Shown here: positions 35,761-44,808 of the stretch, piece after piece
Numbering within the stretch: the stretch's first letter is position 1
Layout of the letters: each line of letters opens with the position of its first letter
NCBI GenBank assembly: GCA_000437255.1
Contig: FR899104.1
Coordinates: forward strand, 208,096-253,147
Source: Ruminococcus sp. CAG:403
GTDB taxonomy: Bacteria; Bacillota; Clostridia; Oscillospirales; Ruminococcaceae
Length of the DNA: 45,052 nt
Direction of reading: 5' to 3'
Program-made: the position numbers and the translations under genes
The notes under the pieces: generated by a model
What the model was told of the DNA's origin: nothing
Seen by the model: only the letters and a program-made list of their open reading frames with translations
Databases searched by the model: none

Positions 35761-37537
35761 TACCATTTTAATTGCTGGATGTGTTCTGATTGCCGGCGGT
35801 GGAACAGGTGGCATATATTGGTACCGAACCGCAAAAGCCAAAAAGGCAACTGTAAAGGTATATTCTGTTTCTACGATGAAGGACATGTACTGGGGCGATG
35901 AGATTTCTGCACAGGGAACGGTACAGTCTGCCAATGTACAGAAGGTGTTGCTGGACAATCAGTTGATCGTTGAAAAAGTCCTTGTCAAGGAGGGGGATTC
36001 TGTAACCGTTGGAACACCGCTGTTGCAGTATGATACCACTGCTGCGAAGCTGAATGTTGCACAAAAACAGAATGCAGTTGCCATTGCAGAAGATCATATC
36101 CGAACGGCAAACAAGGAATTGAATACCCTGCAAAATCTGCGTCCGTCGGAAGATGCTCCAATCGATGACGGTGGATGGGAACCGGATGATCCGGGATTGG
36201 ACGATTCGGATGAGATTTCAGATTCGGAATCAGAAGAGCCGATTGTAACCACTGCGCCGCCGGATACCCCGATTCTGCCCAATCAGCCGGATGCCTCTAA
36301 ATGCACGGATACCATTCATGCTGTAGCGGAGGCGGTTTCCGGAGATGGAACGGCAGCCAAACCGTATTGGTTTTCCTGCAAAAAAGAGACAGTTGCAACG
36401 ACTGCATTTCTACAGGAATTGCAAAAGGCAGGTGCCTGTGCGGAGCTGTTTGTGTTTGATGGAACAACCTGTCAATATATTTGGTCAATTACCAGTACGT
36501 CTTTCACTGGGAAAACACTGAGTGACTGGGTGGTTGGAAAAGGTATCACCATTGATACAGACGGCAGTATTTTGGTGGACCCGACCGGAACGTATTATGG
36601 CAATTTGAAATTGCCTGCTATGGCTGCCGGACAGCAGACCGATGCAGAGGATTCTCATACGGATTCATCGGATGTCATCGATGCATCTGCTTCTGAAGAG
36701 GATGCATCTGCATGGGATACAGAAGGTCTGACAGATACAGAAGAGGTTGATCCGGATTTTTCTGATTATACGTATTCCGGTTCTACTTCTCTTTATAGTG
36801 ACTATATGTATTCGAGTGCAGAACTGCAAAAGATGATTCGGGACAAACAAAATGAGCTGAAAAAATTAGAGATCGACAAAAAGCAGGCAGACTTGGATTT
36901 GAAGGATGCACAGCAAAAGCAGCAAACCGGACAGGAACTTAGCAAAATTGACGGCGTAGTCACCAAGCTGGCAGCAGATCCGGAAGCCTTGGAAGCAACC
37001 GATCCATTGATGGTCATTCAAGGCGAGGGCGGCGTCAGCATTCAGGGACAAATCAGCGAGATGAACTTAACCAAGCTTGCTGTTGGAGATGTGCTGTCAG
37101 TAACTTCCTGGGAAACTGGCGATGTTGTGGAGGCGACTGTAACCAAGATTGAGACCACGCCGGTTACGGGTGAGGATGTCCTCTCTTACGGGGAAAACCC
37201 GAACAACAGTATGTATCCGTTTCTGGCATCGGTTCAGGATTCCGTCAGCTGGAATGTCGGCGATTCGGTTTCCATTTCCATTTCCAGTACGGAGGAGAGC
37301 GATTCATTCTATCTGCCGGTTCAATATGTTCGACAGGAAGACGGGCAGTATTATGTAATGAAGAAGGATGCACACAACAAGTTGAAAAAGCAGATCGTGC
37401 AGACCGGAAAATTGATTTACGGCGGTTACGAGATTGAAATTAAAGGCGGTCTGACAGAGGATGATTGGATTTGTTTCCCATATGGAAAAACAGTCAAAGA
37501 GGGCACTGCCACACAAGACAGTGACCAGAGCCATTAA
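35741..37537 (+). CDS. MacA/HlyD-like adaptor protein 2 with a large internal insertion
   Basis: ATG at 35741 (AGGAGG SD), TM, VLVKEGDSVTVGTPLLQYD, helix, ~220-aa insert, helix, SKIDGVV, barrel and IEIKGGLTEDD. Confidence 0.8.
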   Translation: MKKFLRNTILIAGCVLIAGGGTGGIYWYRTAKAKKATVKVYSVSTMKDMYWGDEISAQGTVQSANVQKVLLDNQLIVEKVLVKEGDSVTVGTPLLQYDTTAAKLNVAQKQNAVAIAEDHIRTANKELNTLQNLRPSEDAPIDDGGWEPDDPGLDDSDEISDSESEEPIVTTAPPDTPILPNQPDASKCTDTIHAVAEAVSGDGTAAKPYWFSCKKETVATTAFLQELQKAGACAELFVFDGTTCQYIWSITSTSFTGKTLSDWVVGKGITIDTDGSILVDPTGTYYGNLKLPAMAAGQQTDAEDSHTDSSDVIDASASEEDASAWDTEGLTDTEEVDPDFSDYTYSGSTSLYSDYMYSSAELQKMIRDKQNELKKLEIDKKQADLDLKDAQQKQQTGQELSKIDGVVTKLAADPEALEATDPLMVIQGEGGVSIQGQISEMNLTKLAVGDVLSVTSWETGDVVEATVTKIETTPVTGEDVLSYGENPNNSMYPFLASVQDSVSWNVGDSVSISISSTEESDSFYLPVQYVRQEDGQYYVMKKDAHNKLKKQIVQTGKLIYGGYEIEIKGGLTEDDWICFPYGKTVKEGTATQDSDQSH

Positions 37538-37551
37538 GGGAGGTGCCGGAT

Positions 37552-38814
37552 ATGTTTGAAAACATTCGTCTTTCTTTTCAGGGGATTTTCTCGCACAAGG
37601 TACGTTCCTTACTGACCATGCTGGGCATTATTATTGGAATTGCCTCCATCATTGCCATTGTTTCCACCATTAAGGGAACCAACGAACAGATTAAAAACAA
37701 CTTGATTGGTGCCGGAAATAATACTGTGACGGTTGCGCTTTATCAGGGAGATATGCAGTATGACTTCACCTATCAGCAAAAGCCAGCATCTGTTCCGGTG
37801 ATTGCAGACAGCACCAAGCAGGAGATTGCCGCATTGGATTCCGTAGAAGCGGTGACACTTTATCGGCAGCGCTCCTACTTTGATAATGTTTATCACAATA
37901 ATACGCAGTTTACCGGAAGTGTATATGGTATTGATGCGGACTATTTTGACACTGCCGGGTATCACATCCAGAGCGGAAAAGGCTTTTGTGCAGCGGACTA
38001 TACGCAGAATCAAAAGGTTGCCATTCTGGATCCGACTGCGGTGCAAAGTTTGTTCCCTGGAGAAGATCCCATCGGACAGGTAATTGATATCTGCGGTGAT
38101 CCGTTTACTGTAATTGGTGTGGCTGTGCAGAGTAGCTCCTTTGAACCGGTCATCAATTCGGAAGAAGATTACTGGACTTATGCAGAAACCAAGAGCGGTG
38201 CAGTTTTTTTGCCAACAGGATCCTGGCCCATTGCTTTTCAATTTGATGAGCCGCAAAACTGTTTGATTCGGGCAGTGGATACAGACAGTATGACGGTTGC
38301 CGGAAAGAAGACAGCAGAATTGTTAAATGCGCATATTCAGAGCACCGGATCAGACAGTGGCGAAACGGTACAGTATAAGAGTGAAAGCACATTGGAAAAA
38401 GCCAAATCCTTACAGGATCTCAGTTCTTCTACCAATACCATGTTGATTTGCATTGCCAGCATTTCCCTGTTAGTTGGCGGAATTGGTGTAATGAACATCA
38501 TGCTGGTATCGGTAACGGAGCGGACACGTGAAATTGGATTGAAAAAAGCAATTGGCGCGAAGAAAAAGCACATTCTGACGCAATTCCTGACAGAGGCTGC
38601 TGTTTTGACCAGCATTGGCGGCGTGATTGGCGTCATCATGGGAATTGTTTTGGCGAAGATTATTGCAAAGGTGGCAGAGGTTCCAGTTGCCATCAGTTCC
38701 GTATCCATTTTGGTTTCGGTGGTCTTTTCGATGGTTGTTGGTATTATATTTGGATTGATTCCATCCATTAAAGCAGCCAACTTGAACCCGATCGATGCTC
38801 TTCGATACGAGTAA
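37552..38814 (+). CDS. ABC transporter permease (MacB/FtsX-type)
   Basis: HKVRSLLTMLGIIIGIASII, ISLLVGGIGVMNIMLVSVTERTREIG and KAANLNPIDALRYE. ATG at 37552 after GGGAGG. Confidence 0.95.
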   Translation: MFENIRLSFQGIFSHKVRSLLTMLGIIIGIASIIAIVSTIKGTNEQIKNNLIGAGNNTVTVALYQGDMQYDFTYQQKPASVPVIADSTKQEIAALDSVEAVTLYRQRSYFDNVYHNNTQFTGSVYGIDADYFDTAGYHIQSGKGFCAADYTQNQKVAILDPTAVQSLFPGEDPIGQVIDICGDPFTVIGVAVQSSSFEPVINSEEDYWTYAETKSGAVFLPTGSWPIAFQFDEPQNCLIRAVDTDSMTVAGKKTAELLNAHIQSTGSDSGETVQYKSESTLEKAKSLQDLSSSTNTMLICIASISLLVGGIGVMNIMLVSVTERTREIGLKKAIGAKKKHILTQFLTEAAVLTSIGGVIGVIMGIVLAKIIAKVAEVPVAISSVSILVSVVFSMVVGIIFGLIPSIKAANLNPIDALRYE

Positions 38815-38885
38815 TTGGATAGGGAACTGCTTCGCATCCTTTTCCTTTCTTTTGACCACAAAATTCGTGTGTGAAACAGGCACGA

Positions 38886-38919
38886 AAAAGCGGTTCCGTT
38901 TGAAAATGGAACCGCTTTT
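38886..38919. terminator. Bidirectional intrinsic terminator
   Basis: AAAAGCGGTTCCGTTT...AAATGGAACCGCTTTT between convergent genes. Confidence 0.8.
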
Positions 38920-38951
38920 ATTGGGTGTGGAAATTTACTTGTTCGATTGAT

Positions 38952-39515
38952 TTAGTGTGAAGGTCGGTAAGCCCGCGGATCAATTCTTCGTAAAAGTGTT
39001 GCCAATGGCAGCACCAAAATGCCTGCTATAACATTGCCGGCACAGTGAACAGCATCCCAGGGAAGTCCAGCGACAATCCAGGCAAGCATTTGCTGAAAAT
39101 TCAATCCAAACAACAATGCTTGTGCCGGTGCATAGAGGGTACCGAACAGAATGCCATGCAATCCGCAGACAAGCGGATACACAATGGCAGCTATTGGTTC
39201 GGGCATATTTTTAGGAAGCAGCATGGTCATGCCCCAAAGAACTGCCCAAAGATAAAGATAGGGAATCCACCACACTGCAAATCCAGCGAACAAGCCATTT
39301 AAGAAAACATAAACATAAATCGGAATAAGTCCTTTGACCCGATAGGCAAGGGTATAGACCATTGTTAGCATACCAAGCGGATGAATGTTTGGTGCCCATT
39401 CCATAATTACTTTGGAACAATACATCAAGGCGCCCAACATGGCAAAGACGGTCATTTCCGATATGGTTAAAGTAGCTCGTTTGGGATGCTTATCCTTCTG
39501 TGTAGGTAAGCTCAT
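38952..39515 (-). CDS. ECF transporter S-component, CbrT-like (putative cobalamin uptake)
   Basis: About 187 aa with ~6 TMs. AMLGAL (AxxxA) helix 1, APNIHP (cf. CbrT PN(I/V)xP) and AGLPWDAVHCAGN. It is adjacent to a DUF4430 lipoprotein and metH. Start reset to the ATG at 39515. Confidence 0.65.
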   Translation of the reverse strand: MSLPTQKDKHPKRATLTISEMTVFAMLGALMYCSKVIMEWAPNIHPLGMLTMVYTLAYRVKGLIPIYVYVFLNGLFAGFAVWWIPYLYLWAVLWGMTMLLPKNMPEPIAAIVYPLVCGLHGILFGTLYAPAQALLFGLNFQQMLAWIVAGLPWDAVHCAGNVIAGILVLPLATLLRRIDPRAYRPSH

Positions 39516-39966
39516 AGTGCTCCCCGTCTGCGATTTCTGTGCTGTCTGCACCAGTCTGGAGGTATTCACCGTCCTTGCTGATTGCCCAGTATGCCTGATC
39601 CTTGTCATAATCTGCCCGGATGCCGTCTACTTCTTTGATGTACAGACCATACTCGCTGTCATCACCGGAAACCAAATCGTTTTCGGTCAGGGCAGTGCCC
39701 AGATTGTCAGCATCGGTATGAACAGTAAATGTGATGGAGTTGTCTTCTGCCTTTACTTCTACCTGGATGGTGGTGCTTCCGGTTCCAACTTCGGTATCCT
39801 CGGTATAAGTTGCAGTCTCCCAAAGGCCACCCAGTTCCTGAGAAGAGGAAGTAGAAGATTCTGCTTTGCTGGAAGAGGAGTCATCTGTCTTTCCGCAGCT
39901 AACGGAGAACAACAGAGAAATGGCACAAATGCCGGCAACAAACATCCATTTGTTTTGTTTTTTCAT
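39490..39966 (-). CDS. DUF4430 (transcobalamin C-terminal-like) lipoprotein
   Basis: Lipobox LLFSVS-C, Ser-rich linker and YGLYIKEVDGI....AYWAISKDGEYLQTGADSTEIADGEHYELTY pattern. Start at 39966 or 39972. Confidence 0.78.
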   Translation of the reverse strand: MKKQNKWMFVAGICAISLLFSVSCGKTDDSSSSKAESSTSSSQELGGLWETATYTEDTEVGTGSTTIQVEVKAEDNSITFTVHTDADNLGTALTENDLVSGDDSEYGLYIKEVDGIRADYDKDQAYWAISKDGEYLQTGADSTEIADGEHYELTYTEG

Positions 39967-40034
39967 TTTCATAATCCTTCTTTCTTTTTGCGTTCGTGTC
40001 CGTTTGGAAAAACGGCACGATTTTTTGCTTTTCC

Positions 40035-40063
40035 ATGATAGCATAGTCGAAATGGGTTGTCAA
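40035..40063 (-). promoter_or_regulatory. Sigma-A promoter of the DUF4430/S-component operon
   Basis: Minus strand TTGACA, 17 bp, TGnTATCAT. Confidence 0.7.
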
Positions 40064-40120
40064 GTGTTTTTCGTGAACAGGATAACAGGAATTTTACAAA
40101 AGTTTCCCATGGAGACTGAA

Positions 40121-40149
40121 TTGACATTGCCTACCAGGTGTGGTATAAT
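40121..40149 (+). promoter_or_regulatory. Consensus sigma-A promoter of the metH operon
   Basis: TTGACA, 17 bp, TGTGnTATAAT. Confidence 0.8.
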
Positions 40150-40201
40150 ACGTTGAGAATCAAAATGATTCGGATTTTCAGTCATCCGGGAGGAATACAG
40201 A

Positions 40202-40876
40202 TTGCAGAAAGGGTACATCAATCGAGAAGAAGTGTTTCGTTATATGGGACATAAAGGCGGTGTCATACCAGACCATATTTTGGAACTTGCAGATCAATGT
40301 GAACAGCAGCTTTTGCAAGTGATGGAACCAAGATATACTTATAAGGTGTTTGATCTGTCAGCCGGCGATACGGGCATCCGGGTTGGCGCAACTCCTTTGT
40401 ACTTGGAAGGAAAAGACATTGCAGCGCATCTGGAGCATTGTACCCGCTGTATCTTTTTCTGTGCCACTTTGTCAGCCGGTGTGGATCGATTGATTCGAAC
40501 CTATGAAGCACGGGAAATGGAAAAGGCAGTCATTACCGACTGCATGGCATCTTCTGCCGTTGAGCAGCTTTGCAACGATGCAGAGGCAGAGATTGAAGCG
40601 CAGTTGGGAAATGCTGTTCATTATACATGGCGGTTTTCGCCCGGATATGGCGATTTTCCGCTTGCGGTGCAGCGGCAGTTTCTGGATCTGCTGGATGCTT
40701 CCAGAAAAATTGGTGTAACGGTAACCGATCGATTGATTTTAATTCCACGAAAATCAGTTACCGCAGTGATTGGAATTTCGGAGAAAGAAATTCCGCAAAA
40801 AAGACGTGGATGCAGCTGCTGCAACATGCGAAAAACTTGTCCGTATAGAAAGAGAGGCGAACACTGTGGATTTTAG
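40202..40876 (+). CDS. Stand-alone methionine synthase reactivation (AdoMet-binding) domain protein
   Basis: EVFRYMG, FCATL, RFSPGYGDFPL, IPRKSVTAVIG and C-terminal CxxC...C; TTG start after GGAGG. Confidence 0.87.
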   Translation: MQKGYINREEVFRYMGHKGGVIPDHILELADQCEQQLLQVMEPRYTYKVFDLSAGDTGIRVGATPLYLEGKDIAAHLEHCTRCIFFCATLSAGVDRLIRTYEAREMEKAVITDCMASSAVEQLCNDAEAEIEAQLGNAVHYTWRFSPGYGDFPLAVQRQFLDLLDASRKIGVTVTDRLILIPRKSVTAVIGISEKEIPQKRRGCSCCNMRKTCPYRKRGEHCGF

Positions 40877-43244
40877 AACACGGTTGAAACAAGGATGGAT
40901 TTGCCTAGATGGCGCAATGGGAACGATGCTCCAGGCAAGAGGACTGAAAATGGGAGAAACACCTGAGGTGCTGAACCTGGAAAAGCCGGAATTGCTGCAA
41001 GAAATTCATCAGGAATATATTCAAGCTGGTGCGGATGTTGTTTATGCCAATACATTTGGTGCCAATCGCTATAAACTGGCACACAGCGGTTATTCTGTCT
41101 CTGAAATCATCAAAGCCGGCATTGAAAATGCCAGAGCTGCCTGTGCCGGGACGGATACCCTGGTTGCTTTGGATATTGGCCCGATTGGGCAGCTTCTGGA
41201 ACCAACCGGAACGCTTTCTTTTGAGGAAGCATACGATATTTTCCGGGAACAGATTGAAGCCGGCGATGCCTGCGATTTGATTGTATTTGAAACCATGACC
41301 GATTTGTATGAGCTGAAGGCAGCTGTTTTGGCAGCAAAAGAGCATTCTGATAAACCGATTTTGTGCACCATGACATTTGAGGAAAATCAGCGTACTTTTA
41401 CTGGCTGTTCGGTTCCTTCCATGTGTCTGACGCTGGAAGGGCTTGGGGTAGATGCTATTGGCGTCAATTGTTCCTTGGGACCGGCAGAGCTGTATCCGGT
41501 GATTGCATCGGTTTGTGAATGGACGAATCTTCCAGTTGCAGTAAAGCCGAATGCCGGCTTGCCGGATCCGGTTACCAATACTTATCATGTTACCCCGCAG
41601 GAATTTGCACAACTGATGGAAAAATTGATTCCGCTGGGTGTGCAAATTTTTGGCGGATGCTGCGGTACAACACCAGCCTTTATACAAGAATTGCGGCAGG
41701 TTTTACAGCGGCAGGTATTTGAAAAGCAGATACGGGAAATTCCGGCTGCATGCTGCACACCGTCTAAAACTGTTCCGATCAATCGCCCTAGAATCATTGG
41801 AGAGCGTATCAATCCAACCGGAAAAAAACGTTTTCAGGAAGCGCTGCGTGCCGGAGATGTAGATTATATTTTGGGACAAGCCATCGAGCAGGTGCATGCC
41901 GGTGCAGATATCTTGGATGTCAATGTCGGTTTGCCTGGCATCGATGAAAAGGAAATGATGCGAACAGCGGTGAAAGCATTGCAGGGTGTGGTAGATGTTC
42001 CGCTGCAATTGGACTCTACCATTCCAGAAGTGCTGGAAGAAGCATTGCGGGTTTACAATGGAAAGCCGATTGTGAACTCGGTCAATGGAGAAGAAAAATC
42101 ACTGGCAACTGTTTTGCCGCTTGTGAAAAAATATGGAGCAGCAGTGGTTGGACTCTGCCTGGATGAGGATGGAATTCCCAAAACAGCAGAAGGCAGATTT
42201 CAGATTGCTAAAAAAATACTGGATCGTGCAACTGCAATCGGCATTCGGAAAGAAGATGTCTATATTGACTGTCTGACTTTGACAGTTTCCGCAGAGCAGG
42301 ACGCTGCCATGGAAACCCTTCGGGCAGTGGAGCGTGTGAAGCAGGAACTGGGCTTAAAAACGGTTTTGGGCGTTTCCAATATTAGTTTTGGGTTGCCGGA
42401 ACGTGTTATCATCAATCATAATTTCCTGGCAATGGCATTGACAAAGGGATTGGACTTGCCGATTATCAATCCAAATTTGGATGCCATGACTGCAACAGTG
42501 CGTGCGTTTCAAGTGCTTGCTGGTTATGACCAGAATGCGATGGAATACATCAGCTGTTATGGGCAGAGTAAACCGGAAGCCAAAAAAGAGCAGGCACAGA
42601 AGCAGGATATTGACCTGGACTATGCTTTGGAGAATGGCTTAAAAGGAGAAGGCGCAAAGCTGACTGAGGAACTGCTGAAGAATACCGATCCAATGGAAAT
42701 TATCAATACCATTTTGATTCCGGCGCTGGATCGAACCGGGAATGCGTTTGAAGCCGGGAAAATTTTTCTGCCGCAGTTGATTTTGACAGCTGGTGTTGCA
42801 CAGGCTTGTTTTGAAGTCATTAAAAATCACTTTGCCAAAACGGGTGCGCAGTCTGTTTCCAAGGGAAAAATCATTGTGGCAACGGTTAAGGGCGACATTC
42901 ACGATATTGGAAAAAATATCGTAAAAGTTTTGCTGGAAAACTATGGTTACGAAGTCATTGACTTGGGAAAAGATGTCGATTACCAGGCGGTTGTGGATTG
43001 TGCATTGGAACAAAATGTTCATTTGGTCGGACTTTCTGCGCTTATGACAACCACTTTGGTCAGCATGGAAAAGACCATTGCTCTGCTGCATGAAAATCAT
43101 GTAGACTGTAAGATTATGGTTGGCGGTGCCGTTCTGACACCAGAATATGCTGAACAGATTGGTGCGGATTTTTATGCAAAGGATGCAAAGGAATCCTGTG
43201 ACATTGCCAAAAAAGTATTTGAGGAATATTACCCGCAGGGATAA
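40866..43244 (+). CDS. metH: Cobalamin-dependent methionine synthase (Hcy-, pterin- and B12-binding domains; no fused reactivation domain)
   Basis: LDGAMGT, NCSLGP, GGCCGT (Zn ligands), IIGERINPTG, GVSNISFG and GDIHDIGKN (B12 DxHxxG). GTG start at 40866 after GAGAGG. Confidence 0.93.
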   Translation: MDFRTRLKQGWICLDGAMGTMLQARGLKMGETPEVLNLEKPELLQEIHQEYIQAGADVVYANTFGANRYKLAHSGYSVSEIIKAGIENARAACAGTDTLVALDIGPIGQLLEPTGTLSFEEAYDIFREQIEAGDACDLIVFETMTDLYELKAAVLAAKEHSDKPILCTMTFEENQRTFTGCSVPSMCLTLEGLGVDAIGVNCSLGPAELYPVIASVCEWTNLPVAVKPNAGLPDPVTNTYHVTPQEFAQLMEKLIPLGVQIFGGCCGTTPAFIQELRQVLQRQVFEKQIREIPAACCTPSKTVPINRPRIIGERINPTGKKRFQEALRAGDVDYILGQAIEQVHAGADILDVNVGLPGIDEKEMMRTAVKALQGVVDVPLQLDSTIPEVLEEALRVYNGKPIVNSVNGEEKSLATVLPLVKKYGAAVVGLCLDEDGIPKTAEGRFQIAKKILDRATAIGIRKEDVYIDCLTLTVSAEQDAAMETLRAVERVKQELGLKTVLGVSNISFGLPERVIINHNFLAMALTKGLDLPIINPNLDAMTATVRAFQVLAGYDQNAMEYISCYGQSKPEAKKEQAQKQDIDLDYALENGLKGEGAKLTEELLKNTDPMEIINTILIPALDRTGNAFEAGKIFLPQLILTAGVAQACFEVIKNHFAKTGAQSVSKGKIIVATVKGDIHDIGKNIVKVLLENYGYEVIDLGKDVDYQAVVDCALEQNVHLVGLSALMTTTLVSMEKTIALLHENHVDCKIMVGGAVLTPEYAEQIGADFYAKDAKESCDIAKKVFEEYYPQG

Positions 43245-43263
43245 AATAAAATTTCATTCGGAG

Positions 43264-43300
43264 AAGCTGCCCATGCACGTTACTGTGCATGGGCAGCTTT
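43264..43300 (+). terminator. Intrinsic terminator after metH
   Basis: AAGCTGCCCATGCAC...GTGCATGGGCAGCTTT perfect long stem. Confidence 0.8.
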
Positions 43301-43339
43301 GATATAAGAAAACCTTACTTGAATTTAACAAACAGAAGA

Positions 43340-43368
43340 TAGACGATACGCAGCAGATCTGCTATGCT
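43340..43368 (+). promoter_or_regulatory. Possible sigma-A promoter
   Basis: TAGACG, 17 bp, TGnTATGCT. Confidence 0.4.
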
Positions 43369-43438
43369 TATTTTGAAAACAGTTTTTCAATTTTGGAACC
43401 CATGCAAATCGGTTCTGATCTTAGAAAGGAAAGCAGAT

Positions 43439-44797
43439 ATGCATCCATTTGAGGGCGTTCCACTTTCATTTTGTATCCCTTTATTTTTAGAGTATTTAGA
43501 ATCCACCTATGGTGAGGCAGTCCGTACAATTGTATCCTTTTGTATCGGCGCTGTTTTATTTGGACTTGCGGTTGGAATTCCCATTTGTCGCAATCGGCGA
43601 AAACAGATGCGGGCGCAGAAAAAAGCAGAAGAAGTTGTGGAATATGCAAGACAGTCAGCTAGTTGTCACCGGGTATCGGATGCAGAGCCTCAGCCGGAAA
43701 TGGAACAGCCAAACAGAGCAGAAACAAATTCGGAACCGCATGCAGCGACAGAATTTGTGACAGATGCCGAGATTTTATCTGATTACATACGGGAAACCGA
43801 ATCAGAAACAGCGCAGGTGGAATATGAAACGCAGAACACCCGAAAAAAGACCTTGTGGCAGCTTGGAAAGTTTGCTTTGCTGGTGCTTATTCTTCTAGCC
43901 GTGTGGAGACAGTTTATGGGAAAATTAGGTCTGTATGCTGTTGTGTCAAGCTTTAAGCTATCGCCGGGGGTGGGACCTTACATAGTGGTTGTTGGAATTA
44001 TTCTTTGGATTGTTTTGCGAAAGCACAAAAAGTCCGCATCAGAATTGCCAAAAGAAAGTGTCATTTACCAAAAGCTGCTGCCACGAGAATTGACAAAGCG
44101 ATTTGGAGAAAATTGTTTTTATCGGAAGCGGTATGGCTTTTCCTTTGAAGAAATGCAGGAATTAACTTGCTGGAAACAGGAAGTAACGCATATTTCCGGG
44201 AAGGATAGTCTGCGTGGAAAATATCATCAGATGGCGTTTCGGGCTGCCTATGAGACTTGCATCCGGGAGTATCAGAAGCGAGATAGTGACGGGGATCTGC
44301 AAACCTATCAGGAAACGGTCTTTCAAGGCCTGGTTTTGCGTGTGCCGTATACGCAGTATTCTCCAGATGCGCTGGGAGTGTGTGCAAATTCTAAAAAGGA
44401 ACTGGCTGCGCAATATGAACAGAAAAAACCGAAACAGGTGGTATCTGCTCAAATTTCAAAAACAGAAAATGAAACGTTTCATGAATTATTTACGGTGCAT
44501 TCCAATCAGGAGGAGAATCTTTATTACTTTTTGACACCATCCAAAATGGAGCATCTTGTCGCTTTGTATGCACAGGTTTATGGATTGGAAGAAGGGGAGG
44601 ACAGCAATCCGTTTACAAGTTTAGGCGTCTGCTTCTATCAGGACTATCTGTATCTTGCACTTGGGCTGCGGCAATATTTTTTGGAATATAAACGGGTACC
44701 GCCAACCGCAGAAGCGCTGCATAGCATACAAGAGAAAATGAAAGCAGATCTGGATTTGATCGAGCAGGCACTGCGCTTTGCAGAATTTCTTTTTTAG
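43439..44797 (+). CDS. DUF3137-like membrane protein with an N-terminal extension
   Basis: TM segments, then DSLRGKY, TVFQGLV, TENETFHELFTVHS and YFLTPSKME, which resemble DUF3137. lemA follows. ATG at 43439 (AGAAAGGA SD). Confidence 0.6.
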   Translation: MHPFEGVPLSFCIPLFLEYLESTYGEAVRTIVSFCIGAVLFGLAVGIPICRNRRKQMRAQKKAEEVVEYARQSASCHRVSDAEPQPEMEQPNRAETNSEPHAATEFVTDAEILSDYIRETESETAQVEYETQNTRKKTLWQLGKFALLVLILLAVWRQFMGKLGLYAVVSSFKLSPGVGPYIVVVGIILWIVLRKHKKSASELPKESVIYQKLLPRELTKRFGENCFYRKRYGFSFEEMQELTCWKQEVTHISGKDSLRGKYHQMAFRAAYETCIREYQKRDSDGDLQTYQETVFQGLVLRVPYTQYSPDALGVCANSKKELAAQYEQKKPKQVVSAQISKTENETFHELFTVHSNQEENLYYFLTPSKMEHLVALYAQVYGLEEGEDSNPFTSLGVCFYQDYLYLALGLRQYFLEYKRVPPTAEALHSIQEKMKADLDLIEQALRFAEFLF

Positions 44798-44808
44798 GAG
44801 GAAGCGAT

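Noticed and set aside
39967..40201. Cobalamin or SAM riboswitch between the B12-uptake genes and metH
   Set aside because: I see no B12-box or SAM-I core motifs, and the predicted leaders are too short.
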